64,000 nucleotides of DNA from Lytechinus pictus (lineage: Eukaryota). Below are positions 39,240 to 51,845 of this stretch, piece after piece. The notes under the pieces are model-generated. The model saw only the letters and a list, made by a program, of their open reading frames with translations. It searched no databases and was not told where the DNA came from. Location of the stretch: the NCBI RefSeq assembly GCF_037042905.1, contig NC_087250.1, forward strand, positions 27,964,001 through 28,028,000. The letters are read 5' to 3'. The translations under genes were made by a program, and so were the position numbers. Each line of letters opens with the position of its first letter. Positions within the stretch are counted from its first letter, which is position 1.

Positions 39240-41088
39240 TAGATTAAATCATGGCAAATTGCCAATTACTATGGTCTCAGGAGTAAGCCACTATCCCTCT
39301 ATCATATCATCTTGTCGGTGCAAACAATGCCCTTACCAGCAGGCATAGGGGCATTTCTGCACTGATGGGGTGCACAAAAATGTTTTGCTAAGGGCGTTCT
39401 TGCACTTAAAGGACAAAATTTGAACTAACCCAAGCTATGTATAGTTATGGGCTTGCATTATTTCCCATATTATTATTTTTTTATGAACAGGTTGATTATC
39501 AGAACTGAATTCAGAGCTGCTCCTGTCTGTAGTAACATCATTATAAGAGTGGACTTCAGAATGAGGGCGTTGCTTGTTTAAAAACTTCACTCCATGGAGC
39601 TCTTCAAATTTATCTCAAATCAGACTGCTTCTGGAAACCAGATTTGTTCCTTCAAGCAGAGACGATTGTGGCTTTCCTGACTGGACTTCTATGGATTCTT
39701 TATGCCAACCTTAATGACTGTGGTCTTCTGCATGAGACACATCAATTTCAAACAAGACATTCTGTGGTGAAACACTTGATGAAGATGATATGAAATTTTT
39801 ATTTCATATAACTGAATCTCAGAAGTAATTCCTCAGGAGTAAGAAACAATGAAAATTAAAAATAAAAGGTCCATCAATAATGAATGTCTTGAGCAGTGTT
39901 CTTTTTGTGCACAGAACAATGGATCTTTTCATTTCCAAGCAGGGATGTAGTCAATGCTGACTTCGAGACAACATTTTGCTGGCCTTGGTCCGAGTCACTG
40001 TACAGAATCTATGGATAGTTCTCTCAAGCTGCCTCATGACTCAGAAGAATCAGCCTCGACCTCATCCCTGTATGCAAGTGTGATATATATCTACCATGCA
40101 ATCTCATGATTAAAGAGAGAGAAACAAGAGAGCTTCAGATTTTGAAGTGTAGCAATCTCCTGAAATGTATGTTTTATTTGAAAATCAAACTAAAATAACT
40201 TAATTGGGCATGTTATTCATTATGATATGTATGAATGAAAGCATTGAAGCAATTTGGTGCTCTTGCAAAATAAATTCTGAGTTGTATTTACTGCAAACCC
40301 TCAGAAATATTGATAAGCATTTGCCAGTGCATGAAGTGTTTTAATGAAGAGTGGCTTTTTTGTGCCTATGGAGATTTATTATTTCTTCAATATTTTTCAT
40401 ACAAATTATTTCAGAAATCACAATTTGAATATTCCTTGACCTCTGATAACAAGAGCAGAATATTTTTGGTGATTGACACACTTTAAAATGATATTAGGAG
40501 AGAATGTAGTGAAATTGTGTGATAATAATGGCATAATTGCTGAAGAGGCCTATAAAGATTTAAAATAACATTATTTCAAGTTTTTCTTGAAAAAAACCCA
40601 TGGAATAATGAAAATGGCATAATTTACACAAGTTTTCAAAACAAAATACAAAAAAAAAAATTTTTGCAGAATTTTTAGTACACAAGCCTATGGACAATCA
40701 ATTGAACGTAAATCGAACGCAAATTTTGCGTGTCCTCCAAAATCTCACATAAGTTACGTTCGATTTGCAATCAATCGCAAAGCTTGCGCTTGATCTACGT
40801 TCAATTGATCAAACGCAACTTCTTCTTGCAACAGGATTGAACGTAACTTGCGTTCAATTGCAGATTTGCGTTTAATCGGAGGACTTACGCTCAATTTTGG
40901 GAGTTGCGTTCGATTTGCGTTCAATCGCAAGTTTCTTGCAACACCCCATTAGCCTATAATAAACGAGAGCGACTTTTGTTAGGAATAGAGTTATGGAGTG
41001 CTCAGCTCGTGAAGCTCACGAATTACTCATTAAAATATTGACGAATTGCCTACGTGTGTCCCCTACTAAAACATGTTACAAAACATAA

Positions 41089-41450
41089 TTTTTGTCTCGC
41101 CTACATAGCAGAACGAGACAGTATTTGACGCCTCTTTTTGACGATGGGGACGGCGTCAACACTGAAATCTTAACCAAAGTTAAGTGTTTGAAATGTCATA
41201 GTTCATGAAAATTGGAAACAAGGGTAATAAAGTATAGCGGAATATCCTGACTACGTTTATTTAATGTAACATGACCAAGTTCAAATGGAATTTAGAGTTA
41301 ATGCAGGTCTGGGTCAATGAACTTAGAAAATATTGGGAGAATCAACATCGAAATCTTACCAAAATTAATTTTTTGAAATGTCGACATAGATTAAATAGTT
41401 ATTGGATCTACTAGTAATTCATTAAATTTAGACCAAAAAAAAACCAATCA
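41089..41450 (+). mobile_element. Truncated older HINE copy
   Basis: tttttgtctcgcctacatagcagaacgagac...ggcgtcaacactgaaatcttaacc parallels the start of the 38282 element. Confidence 0.7.
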
Positions 41451-43189
41451 AATATCCACGTGTTATACGTTACGCGTTTCATTGTTATACATCGTTAGGA
41501 TCATCAATGACACAGGAGAGCCTCATCTTTCGAGGATTGAAAGTGGCGAAATCCTTGACAACTTTGTCAATGTCGACTTCAAGGTATCTACGTAGCAACA
41601 TCATTGCCAGCCCAATCAGTCTCACCTCTGTCATCGCCGATCTCATTCCCGTTTTTTATCTCTTCATGGCGCTGACAGAACGTTCTGCCTCAGCGCTGGT
41701 CACTGGAAAAAAATTGTCATAATATGAAGTATTGTGCATACATTAGGGAATCTCGCTTTATCGCATGCTCGCAGGGCATCGATAGCTGACATGGGTCGTT
41801 CGTCTTCTCTTCTTTGGGACCAGTACATCTAAAATGAAAATGAAAAGTTTAATTATTTAGAATATAAAGTCATATATCGTTGATTAACTACAAAGCAAAG
41901 TTGTTCAGATGCAATAATTTTGCAATACACTTCATCAACGAAAAAAGAAAGATGGCAATTTGGTAGGCAAAATTTAGCAGTAATACTTTTTTTTATCTAA
42001 AAAAAAAAAATCGAATTTTCTCTCATTCTCTGTAATCGTTGCATGGATACAAATATTTTCCATCACATGGGATTTACCAGAGTCCTGATGATATCATATT
42101 TATTCCTTGATTGAAAACGAAATATATATTTTGCTGCTGTTTCAGGGTATCTCACCGGTGACACAAGGCTTGAAACGAGTTTTGCGGAAGTTGCTAATAT
42201 TGCTCAATAACATGATTTTTGATAAACAGAATAGTGATTACATGTATTTTATTGTATCTGTCACGTCGCGGGTATTCTGGGTGAAACAGAGAAGATCGTC
42301 CAAGAGACAAGTCACGACTACGTTACTGTTGTTCAGATACTGGGCTAACAGTTTCTGCCACTATTATGATGTTTCATGTTATACAAACCTGTCAAAGCTC
42401 GAGCTCTTGAGGAAGATTTGCGGGATATGGGATGTCGTCGTGGAAGAATTCAAATGCCTCTACAGAAGGGAGAGTTTTGGCAGCTACGGACGGAAATATC
42501 TGGAATCAATTGAGGGCCTCTGCTTCAGTACACTGAATCTAAAATGAACAACTTAATTGATGATGAATTGGACAAGCTGATGCATACCATCACAAGCCAG
42601 ACATGATACAATACGTAACATAATTATTTTGGTAGTACTTTGATCTAATTTAATTTACATTAAATCATATTATATTTTATTTTTAATTTTCCATTTCTCT
42701 ATGTGGGATCCATACCCCTTTTGCTTATCCCTTTAAGTAGTTGGTGAATTTTCAATGTTTTAAACTAAATCAAATGAAATAGACGTGCTAATTATTTTTA
42801 ATCACTCATTTACACTATTTTTGTAGGCCTACCTCAATGCAAACTCTGCGAGCAGATGGTCCAGGATTGGCACTGTGATTGTAACTCGATAGTATGCACT
42901 GATGATGTCTTCTCCCTCACTAATGTCAGGATTCGCGCAGAGAATCTGCTGGCCGCAGGTCCTTGGGCGAGATGGAGAAACATTCACCTGCTCTGCTACT
43001 TGGCAAGCACCATTGTACATGTCCAAATACTTCTCGTCCAGTTCTTCTGATCTTATCTGCAAAAAGAAAATTATTATTTTTTTAAATACAACATCATGTA
43101 CCGATCAGTCTATTTTTTGTCAAATTGAGAAAATTTCAATTATAGTTGAATAAAATAAAAGAGAGGGGATAGTAATAGCTGATAAGACA

Positions 43190-43428
43190 AGTAGTACATG
43201 GGTTCGAATCCCACCCATGGTGTAATTTCCTTCAGCAAGAAATGTATCCACATTGTGCTGCACTCAACCCAGGTGAGGTGAATGGGTACCCGGCAGGATT
43301 GATTCCTTGAATGCATGAGCGCCGAAAGGCAGCTCGAGCTAAAGCCGTGGTAAAAATAACAACAACGCACCTCGGAATAGAATATTCTAGATAGATGGCG
43401 ATGGTATATAAATGCCTATTATTATTGT
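43190..43428 (+). mobile_element. tRNA-derived SINE (5'-truncated) with L2-type tail
   Basis: B-box GGTTCGAATCCC, core tgcactcaacccaggtgaggtgaatgggtacc, tail tatataaatgcc(tat)n. Confidence 0.8.
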
Positions 43429-44136
43429 TCAAATTTTTAATTCATTTAACTTTTTTACACTTTTATCTCAACGTGAATAGATCTTTAATACAATCTTCAA
43501 CTCTGCCATGTACTGTAAGAGAAAAGATGAAATAGCAACAACTTTACTCTTCTTCGTATACCTTCTGAAGCTTCTTCTGCACCAGAGTCACATGCTCGAA
43601 GTCGCGAATGATGTCAACTTGACGTCCTTGCAGTAAGGAGCTGATGCCTTTTAAATACCCGGTTATAGGAGACGCAATGGATAGCGCCACCAGATATTCA
43701 AATTTTTTGATAGCAGCAAGGAGGGTTGCTGCCTCAGCTGCAATATCCCTGTTGTCGTGTTGGGAAGACATTTGTGTTAGTGTGTCGACGATCTGCAACG
43801 AGAAAGTGAAGCGAAAATGCGATGGCTGATAATTAACGTCATAAATGATCGTTTAATTTAGACATCTCCAGCGTTTCTCCTCACCAATGTTTGTCCTTTA
43901 TCTGTGCGCTCTAAACGAATCCGCCATCATAATTATCATTATTATTAGTAGTAGTAGTAGCAGCAGCCGCAGTATATAAGTAGTTAGAATTTTAAACTTA
44001 ATTATAAAGTCGTCTACCTACACTTCCCCAGCATTACTTGACCGAAATACAAAAGAAAAAAAACCTAACTATTACGGGTAAAGGAGACATATCGCAGTAA
44101 TGAGGGGGCGGGGCAGTTTCGGCAGTGAGGCTTGGG

Positions 44137-44800
44137 CCCGGGGGCCACTTACATTGACGAGTGGATACCATGCGCGACCAAAAAAAAAAAAACACGTAAA
44201 AAAGGTGTATTTTTGAAGATATGGCATGTTACGTACGTAACGTGATAAGGGTGTAAAAAACACAAAAATATTGAAAAAAGGGTATCTATTTCGCTCGGAA
44301 AAATATACGTGTTTAGGGTCAAATATGCGGGAATGATGAAACAAAATCAAAATGTTTTATAAAGGATGTCCTTTTTGCCCAACACTACGTGTTTAGAGTC
44401 CGATTTGCGCGAGGTGTGCAAGGTGGGGCCGTACTAAACCAAAATAATGGTGTGTAAAGGTAAAACCGACGACCGACGGACCCGTGACATAACAATATAA
44501 TATCGCTGTACTTGTTAAGGGGTTCATTTCAGGGAATACTTGCCATGAGTATCGTTTTATTTCCAATACTTGTTAAGTGTTGCATTTTCAGAATATGGAA
44601 AATACATCGCTGCACTTGCTTAGGGGCTCAATTCTGGGAATACTTGCCAAAACTATTTGTTTCCAATACTTGTTAAGGGTAGGGTTTCACACGCCAATAC
44701 TTGTTAAGGGGTGCATTTTCAGATTATGGAAAATACGTGTTTAGGGGGCTTTTCAAGACCCCGTGGTCGCGCATGGTATCCACTCGTGAATGGAAGTGGC
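44137..44800. mobile_element. MITE with CCCGGGGG terminus (family shared with 54237-54831)
   Basis: TIR ccacttacattgacgagtggataccatgcgcg / cgcgcatggtatccactcgtgaatggaagtgg. GGCTTGGG occurs on both sides. Confidence 0.8.
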
Positions 44801-47800
44801 TTGGGTGAATGTGTTTGTCAAGGAAAAAGTTATAAACATCAATATTTGCAAATTAATCTTTTTTGCTAAAGTCAACCTGCTCTTAATGAGTACACCCACT
44901 TTCAACCATTTAGCCATGTCCAGTTTTGAGCACCTTTTTAAAATACGTAGTGGTAGATCTCAACCGGGAACTTTGGCAGGAGTCATAATATTTTCACTCG
45001 CTTTAAAGACACTTTTACCCATCGTGTTAATGTGGGATATGTTTCAGGATATGAAAAATGTTTCCTTTTGATTTTTTTTCCTAAGATAATTCCTTTTGGA
45101 TAGCGATAGCAATGTATTAAAAAAAATATCACCTACCTTCGGAAAGAGCGCCAGGAAAACTTCATAGGCGTCATGCCTTTCGACCCAACGAGTGTGACAA
45201 ACTTCTATTAATTTGTTATCACATTTTCGTCGGCCTGATTCATACCAATAAACAACGCAAACAACCCTTTGTTGTTAGCAAAGTTAAAAACTAGAATCAG
45301 ATATTCCAAAGCGTGTGTAAGATTAAAACCAATCTCCCACATTAGATGTATTCAATTAAAAATGTATTCAATTTAAAAAATGCAATATAAAAAATGTACG
45401 TCATATTATATAAACTAGCCGATACACCCGCGTATGTGACAAGTTCGATGGTAAAATAAACATTGAGATGTTTTCTATCATGACGTGTATATAATTATAA
45501 AGAGTGTTGAATTGGAAACATGCACTAAATGTAAATATTGGCGTTATTGTGTTTATGTTAATCATCAACCATAATCTTGGAATACAATGGATCTTTAGCT
45601 TGTATATAGATTTAGTTGTATGTGAAATAATATGAAGAGTTTATGGAGTTTTGAAACTTTTGGAAACCTACTTAAAGTAGATCTAATTTAGTTGATTTGG
45701 GATTGTGGGGGCCAAACTTAAAAATAACATTACCTGCCGTTGATACGGCGTGCTAAGCATTTTTCTTAAGTGTTTTAGATCTACTTGACGCCCCCCGTAG
45801 GGATAGTAAGTAAGTTTGCTTGTAAAAGAAATATGCACAAGTCGGTGACTGGCCGTTTTCTTTGGGGACTTCTCATTTAACAGTATTTTACCTATAGACC
45901 AATTGAGAGTTCTCTCATTAACTGGTTCACATGCAAAGTACAACATTAATGAAGTTAACTTTCTGCCGGTTCATCAGTTTCTACACGGGGCGCGGAACGG
46001 TTTTCAAAGTGGAGGGGGGACGGGTGGGGGGGGGGGGGCTGCTGACCATGCAAAAAATGACATTCATAAAATTATGGTAATTTTTACGTTTTTGCACACG
46101 GCTTTGACAAAAGTAGAGAGGGCCTGAAGCCCCCAAACCCCCGCTTCCTCGGCCCCTGTTCTATCCATGGAATTACCCGACTAGCTGACTACAAACTTCA
46201 TGATTTTGCAGTGTACAAAGAAAACGTCGAATCCAATATCGTTTGGAAAATGACACCAAAAGCCGTTATAGCAATAACTTACTTGAATCTGTGAAATTAT
46301 TAAGTCCAAGCTGTTTTTATGCATGTTTCTTTATTATGTATGTAATGGTAATGGTAATTATACATCAATATAAATGTTTTGACCTTGTGGGAAAATAACG
46401 GCTCTTTTTTTTGAGGTGGGGGAGGGGGGTGGAATTCGGTTGGTAAGCAAAATCCACAGAGTGACACACGAAATATTGACGTGCACACAAAATGTTTGGT
46501 AAATTTCAAATATCATAGAGTCTATGTCAACTATTGTATGAGAAGGCCCCAAAGCAGGGAAGGAAATACACTGGAACTCAGATCTAAGGCTGATTTTTTA
46601 GCTCCCCATATGAACTAAATAAATAGATCTAGCCCCCAAATGACAAAATAGCCGTCAGAAAATTATCCTCATAACTAAGGTCGAAATACATTCATGACTA
46701 TGGTGGTCAACTGGTCATGAGCTTTGAGCCATAATTCAAAGGAAACAAATATTTAATTTGGCATAACTGAACATTTTTTTGCCGTGAAATGTTTTTTTCC
46801 AACGATTCATCGAATAGGTAGGGAATCAAGTATGTTTCATGCAACTTTTTCTCGACCGTGCGTCATTCATATTCTCCGAAGAGGGTCTCATGATTATGAA
46901 AAAAAGAAGAAATGGATGTTTCAGTTATGAACTTTGATTTCCGAATAGATAGCAGTAAAAGCCAGAAAATAGTAAAATTGCTCGTGCAAACGAAAATTTG
47001 GTAACATTTCCATTGTTCTTACTCAGTCATGCATTCTTTGTGACCATTGATATGGTCTTTAAATGACAGAAACCAATCATATATTTCGATATATACATCA
47101 CATGAAGAAAAATTACGATTATGGCAGCAAAAACTTTCACCGAATCACGGTTTGTTTTTTTCTGGGGATTCACTATATTCTAACTTCTCAATGAGACATC
47201 AAATTATCAATCGATGAATGCTCATGTTTCATCATGTGTTCATACCTCTCAAATTTGGGCGGATGTCTTGTCTTGCTTTAGCCTCTCCGTTTTTCTGTTT
47301 CGATTTTCGCAACCTGAAGATTTTTTGCTGGCCATGGTATTTGAGAACTTTGTAGTTGGGCGTCGTCGCCTGGACGTCATGAGTTGTAGACTGGCGAGTT
47401 TGAATTCGCGCCTTGCCCGCTTTCCAGACCATAATGCGCATGCTCGTAGCTTCCAGAACTTCGAGAATTTCTTGGAAGTCTCTTCGGGACGGAATGAATG
47501 AATGCGGAAATAATAACACGAAAAGTCTTAAGGCCTGAAAAAGTTCTTGTAATGTGATCGAGGTGGTCTGAAGATACGGTTATCATGAATTTCCACTTTC
47601 CAAATAACTATGGAGCGCAAGTTATCTCGACCTACAACTAGCTACACGGCGGGTCATTGCTTGCTTGCTATTGGTGTTGAACGTGACGATGTTAACATGT
47701 GCTTTGTAACCTACAGTACATGTATGCAATTATAGGTATATGGCTGAATAAGAATGCAACTTGTATAATAGTTGCATTCTTTTTAGGCCATACCCATACA

Positions 47801-47802
47801 CA

Positions 47803-48772
47803 ATTTCAGCACCCCCCCAGTTCTAGCATCAATTTGGCGCCCCCCTCGTTCGAACATCAATTTGGCGCCCCAAGTTCGAATAGCAATTTGGCGCCCCCTA
47901 GTTCGAACATTCTATCAGCCCCCCCCCCCCCATGTCGAACATAAATTTGGAACCCTACGTCGAACATCAATTCGGCGCACCCCCCTACGTCGAACATCTA
48001 TTTGGCCTCCCTAGGTCAAACATCAATTTGGTGCCCCCAGTTGGAACATCAAATTGGCGCCCCTAGTTCGAATATCAATTCGGCGCCCTAGGCCTACATG
48101 TAGTTCGAATATCATTTCGCCCCCTAGTTTTAGTATCAATTTGGCGCCCCCTAGTTCGAACATCAATTCGGCGCCCCCTAGTTTGTGTATCAATTTGGCG
48201 CCCCCTAGATCGAACATCGATTCGGCCCTCCCCCCAAGTTCGAGTATCAATTTGTCGCCCCCATTTCGAACATCATTTTAACATCCCTTCGAACATCATT
48301 TCGGCGCCCTCCTAGTTCGAATATCAATTCGCCCCCCACCCCCTAGCTCGAGTATCAAATTAGCGCCCCCTAGTTCCAACACCAATTTGGCGCCCCCGAG
48401 TTCAACATCAATTTAGCGCCCTTACGTCGAACACCAATTCTGAGCCCCCTAGTTCGAGTAGCAATTTGGCGCCCCCCTAGTTCGAACATCGATTGCCCCC
48501 CCCCCCTAGTTCGAGTATCAATCTGGCGCCCCCAGTCCGAACATCATTTTAACATCCCTTCAAACATCATTTCCGCACTATCATAGTTCGAATATCACTT
48601 CGGCGCCCCTACATGTAGGTTCAATATCAAGTAAGCGCCCCTAGTTCGAATATCATGTCGCCCCCCTAGCTCGAGTATCAATTTGGCGCCCCCTAGTTCC
48701 AACATCAATTTGGCACCCCCTAGTTCAGCATCAATTTGGCGCCCCTACGTCGAACATCAATTATGACCCACC
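47803..48772. repeat. ~30-bp satellite (CTAGTTCGAACATCAATTTGGCGCCCC)n, left block
   Basis: About 30 degenerate tandem copies. The array resumes at 51494. Confidence 0.92.
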
Positions 48773-51493
48773 TGTTACACCCACAAATGTAATAATCGCC
48801 CACAAATGTAATAACGCCCACAAATGTAATAACACTTTACCCACAAATGTAATAACGCCCACAAATGTAATAACACTTTACCCACAAATGTAATAATTTT
48901 GATCGCCCACAAATGTAATAATGACTTTACCCACAAATGTAATAAATTTGAAGGGATTTTTGGCGAATCCGTTCTAAACTGAAATCCTATAGTAATACGT
49001 TCATATAGCACAAAAGTGCAAAGTCCTTTTTTCCAGACCCGGTTAATAAAGAAAGTATAATATAATCCAAAGTCTTTTCTTCCAGACCCGGTTGTTTCAA
49101 TAATTATAATATAAGTTCAAAGTCTTTTTTCCAGACCAAGTTGTTAAAAAAATTATAATATAAGTCCAAAGTCTTTTTTTCCAGACCCGGTTGTTTCAAA
49201 AATTATAATATAAGTTCAAAGTTTTTTTTCCAGACCTGGTTGTTAAAAAAATTATAATATAAGTCCAAAGTCTTTTTTCCAGACCCGGTTGTTTCAAAAA
49301 TTATAATATAAGTCCAAAGTCTTTTTCCAGACCCGGTTGTTTCAAAAATTATAATATAAGTTCAAAGTCTTTTTTCCAGACCCGGTTGTTTCAAAAACTA
49401 TACTGTAAGTTCAAAGTTTAAAGTTTCGCTTAATTTGTATTTTTTCAGAGAACTCGTTGTGGGGTACAGACAACACTCTAAACCCAAGCATTTTAACTGG
49501 GCTTAATTTTGAAATTTGGTCTTATTTTTTTTTTCTTTCAATATTTCTTTATTTTTTAAATAACCGGGTTTAGACGAAAGACTAAGCATAATACTCGTGT
49601 TATTCCACAGGAATAAGAATATGACAAAGTCTTGTGTTTTTAAGACTGTTTGAATTAATTTTTAAATGACTGGGTCTGGAATAAAGACAACGCTCTAAAC
49701 ATGTGCTTTTCTACATGGTCTTAATTTGGAGGATTGTTGGTTCTTAGATTCGTTGTTGGGGTTGGGTTTTATTGCTTTTTTATTCTTGAAATAACTGTGT
49801 CTGGAGGAAAATCTACAATCGATCTTCATGTTATTCCACAGTAATTAGATTATTGGGTATTCGTTTGAGAATATTTGTAAAAACTATCTTTTTTTTCAAA
49901 TAATAACCAAGTCTGGAGAAAGGATGTTTGCTTTACCCATGCGTTATTACAATGTTTTGTAGGGGTCTTAGTATTATTTAAAAAAAAATGGCCTGGGTGC
50001 GGAGTAAATACATATTTTTACACCCAGTAAGGGTGTAACTTTTGAAGATTGGTCTTAGATTTGAACTGTTGAAGTTTTTTTAATTCATTTTTTTTAAATA
50101 ACCGGGTCTGGAGAAAAGAGTACGTTTTAAAACTCGTGTTATTCCAGAAAAATTAGAATATAATATAGTCTTACGTTAGAAGATTTTTTTGGGGGTAATT
50201 TTTTTTAATGATTAGGTCTGGAATAAAGACAATGCTCTAAACCTCTTTTTAAAACAGGTTCTTAGGTTGAAGGATTGTTTGGTCTTAGATTTGGAACTTT
50301 CTTATTATTACTGTTAGCGTTATTTTGAAAAAAAAAATAACTGGGTCTGGCTGAAAGACTATGCTATATGTCCATGTTAACTGGGCGTTGTGGCGTGCGC
50401 CTGTAATCCAAGCTATGCGGGGAAGTTACAAATTGATGCAGAGGTTCGAGCCCTGGTCACGTCTTTCGGATGGTGACGTTTAAGGTCGGTCCCAGACGTA
50501 AATAATCATATCTGATTGATACACGTCTGACAAAACTCAAATACACACACACACACACACGTTATCCAGCATTAATAAGATTATGGGGTCTTTAGACTGT
50601 TTGTGTTGTTGTTGTATTGTTATTTATAATTTTCGAATAACAGGGTTTGGAGAAAAGACTAAGCTCGATTTTTATTTTTATTCCACTGGAATATCATTAT
50701 GGTATCTCAGTTTGGACTTATATTATAATTTTTGAAATAACTGGGTCTGGAAAAAAGACTTTGGACTTATGTTGTAATGTTTGAAACAACCGGTCTGGAA
50801 AAAGACTTTGGACTTATATTATAATTTTTGAAACAACCGGGTCTTGAAAAAAGACTTAATTTAGACTTATGTCACAAATATTTAATCAACCAGGTCTGGA
50901 AAAAAGACTTTGCACTTTTGTGCTATATGAACACATTACTAAAAGGATTTAGTTTTTAGTTTTAAGTAACCGGGTGTGAAGAAAGACTACGCTTGATTCT
51001 CAATTTACTCTTAGCGCATATATTCACAATACGCACCATGTAAGTTCAAACAAGAACAAAGACATTAATTCCATCAGTTTTAATTAACTGGGTCTGGAGA
51101 AAAGACGAAGCTCGATTCTCATTTTCATTCCACTGGAATATCATTATCGTATCCTAGTTTGGATTTATTTTATATTTTCAATAACCGTGTCTGGAAAAAA
51201 AAGACTTTGGACTTATATTATAATTTTTGAAATAACCGGGTCTGGAAAAAAGAACTTAAATTATATTATAATTTTTGAATTAATCGGGTCTGGAAAAAAG
51301 ACTTTGCACTTTTGTGCTATATGAACGCATTACTATAGGATTTTAGTTTAGAACGGATTCGCCAAAAATCCCTTCAAATTTATTACATTTGTGGGTAAAG
51401 TCATTATTACATTTGTGGGCGATCAAAAATTATTACATTTGTGGGTAGAGTGTTATTACATTTGTGGGCGTTATTACATTTGTGGGTGCAACA
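48773..51493. mobile_element. 2.7-kb non-coding foldback element with TGT...ACA termini (Ginger-like ends)
   Basis: TGTTACACCCACAAATGTAATAA / TTATTACATTTGTGGGTGCAACA. TIRs built of (cccacaaatgtaataa)n plus a ~90-bp unique block, then ~60-bp ttccagacccgg repeats in opposite orientations. Flanks ccacc / ccccc. Confidence 0.85.
50380..50560 (+). mobile_element. SINE with a 7SL (SRP RNA Alu-domain)-like head, B-box, two hairpins and (CA)n tail
   Basis: ACTGGGCGTTGTGGCGTGCGCCTGTAATCCAAGCTA head, GGTTCGAGCCC at 50443-50453, (AC)n tail, TSD GTTA (catgtta / cacgtta). It interrupts a host 60-bp repeat unit. Confidence 0.75.
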
Positions 51494-51845
51494 CCCCCCC
51501 CCTAGTTCGAGTATCAATTTGGCGCCCCCCTTTGTTCGAACATCGATTGCCCCCTAGTTCGAGTATCAATCTGGTGCTCCCAGTCCGAACATCAGTTTAA
51601 CATCCCTTCGAACATCATTTTGGCACTCTCATAGTTCGAATATCAATTTGGCGCCCCTAGTTCGAATATCATTTCGGCCCACCTCCCCCCCCCCCCTCCC
51701 TAGCTCGAGTATCAATTTGGTGCCCCCTAGTTCCAACATCAATTTGGCGCCCCCTAGTTCAACATCAATTTGGCGCCCTTACGTCGAACATCAATTCGCC
51801 CCCCCCCCGTTCGAACATAATTTCGACATTCCTTCGAACATCATT
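51494..51845. repeat. ~30-bp satellite, right block
   Basis: Same unit as 47803-48772. Confidence 0.92.

Larger units (their letters stand above)
34773..40948. mobile_element. 6.2-kb PIF/Harbinger element, decayed, with nested insertions
   Basis: TIRs TGGGGTGTTGCAAGAAA / TTTCTTGCAACACCCCA, TSD TTA (34770-34772, 40949-40951), subterminal ttgcg/gcaa repeats. Only weak coding-like remnants (DDCGFP at ~39660). Confidence 0.85.
41485..47335 (-). pseudogene. Intron-containing hAT transposase pseudogene (ZMYM1/THAP12-like, Tip100-type)
   Basis: Exons: ~47247-47335 (MASKKSSGCENRNRK), 45137-~45230 (CHTRWVERHDAY), 43562-43792, 42833-43056 (RPR..YYRVTITVPILDHLL), 42389-42538 and 41485-41828 (FPNV..PVTSAEAERSVSAMKR..MRSAM..RL, hATC dimerisation domain). 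GT-AG borders. Contains stops and a frameshift, and the central catalytic exons appear to be missing. Confidence 0.88.

Noticed and set aside
39490..40110. Harbinger transposase exons
   Set aside because: Only faint motif resemblance with many stops, so it is not reported as a separate coding feature.
50380..50560. Human Alu contamination or a true 7SL gene
   Set aside because: Similarity stops after ~45 nt, there is no S domain or Alu dimer/poly-A, and the insert sits cleanly within a local repeat with a TSD.
47803..51845. CRISPR-like array (~30-bp repeats; also the ~60-bp repeats at 49020-49410)
   Set aside because: The units are head-to-tail and degenerate with no unique spacers, there are no cas genes, and the context is eukaryotic.
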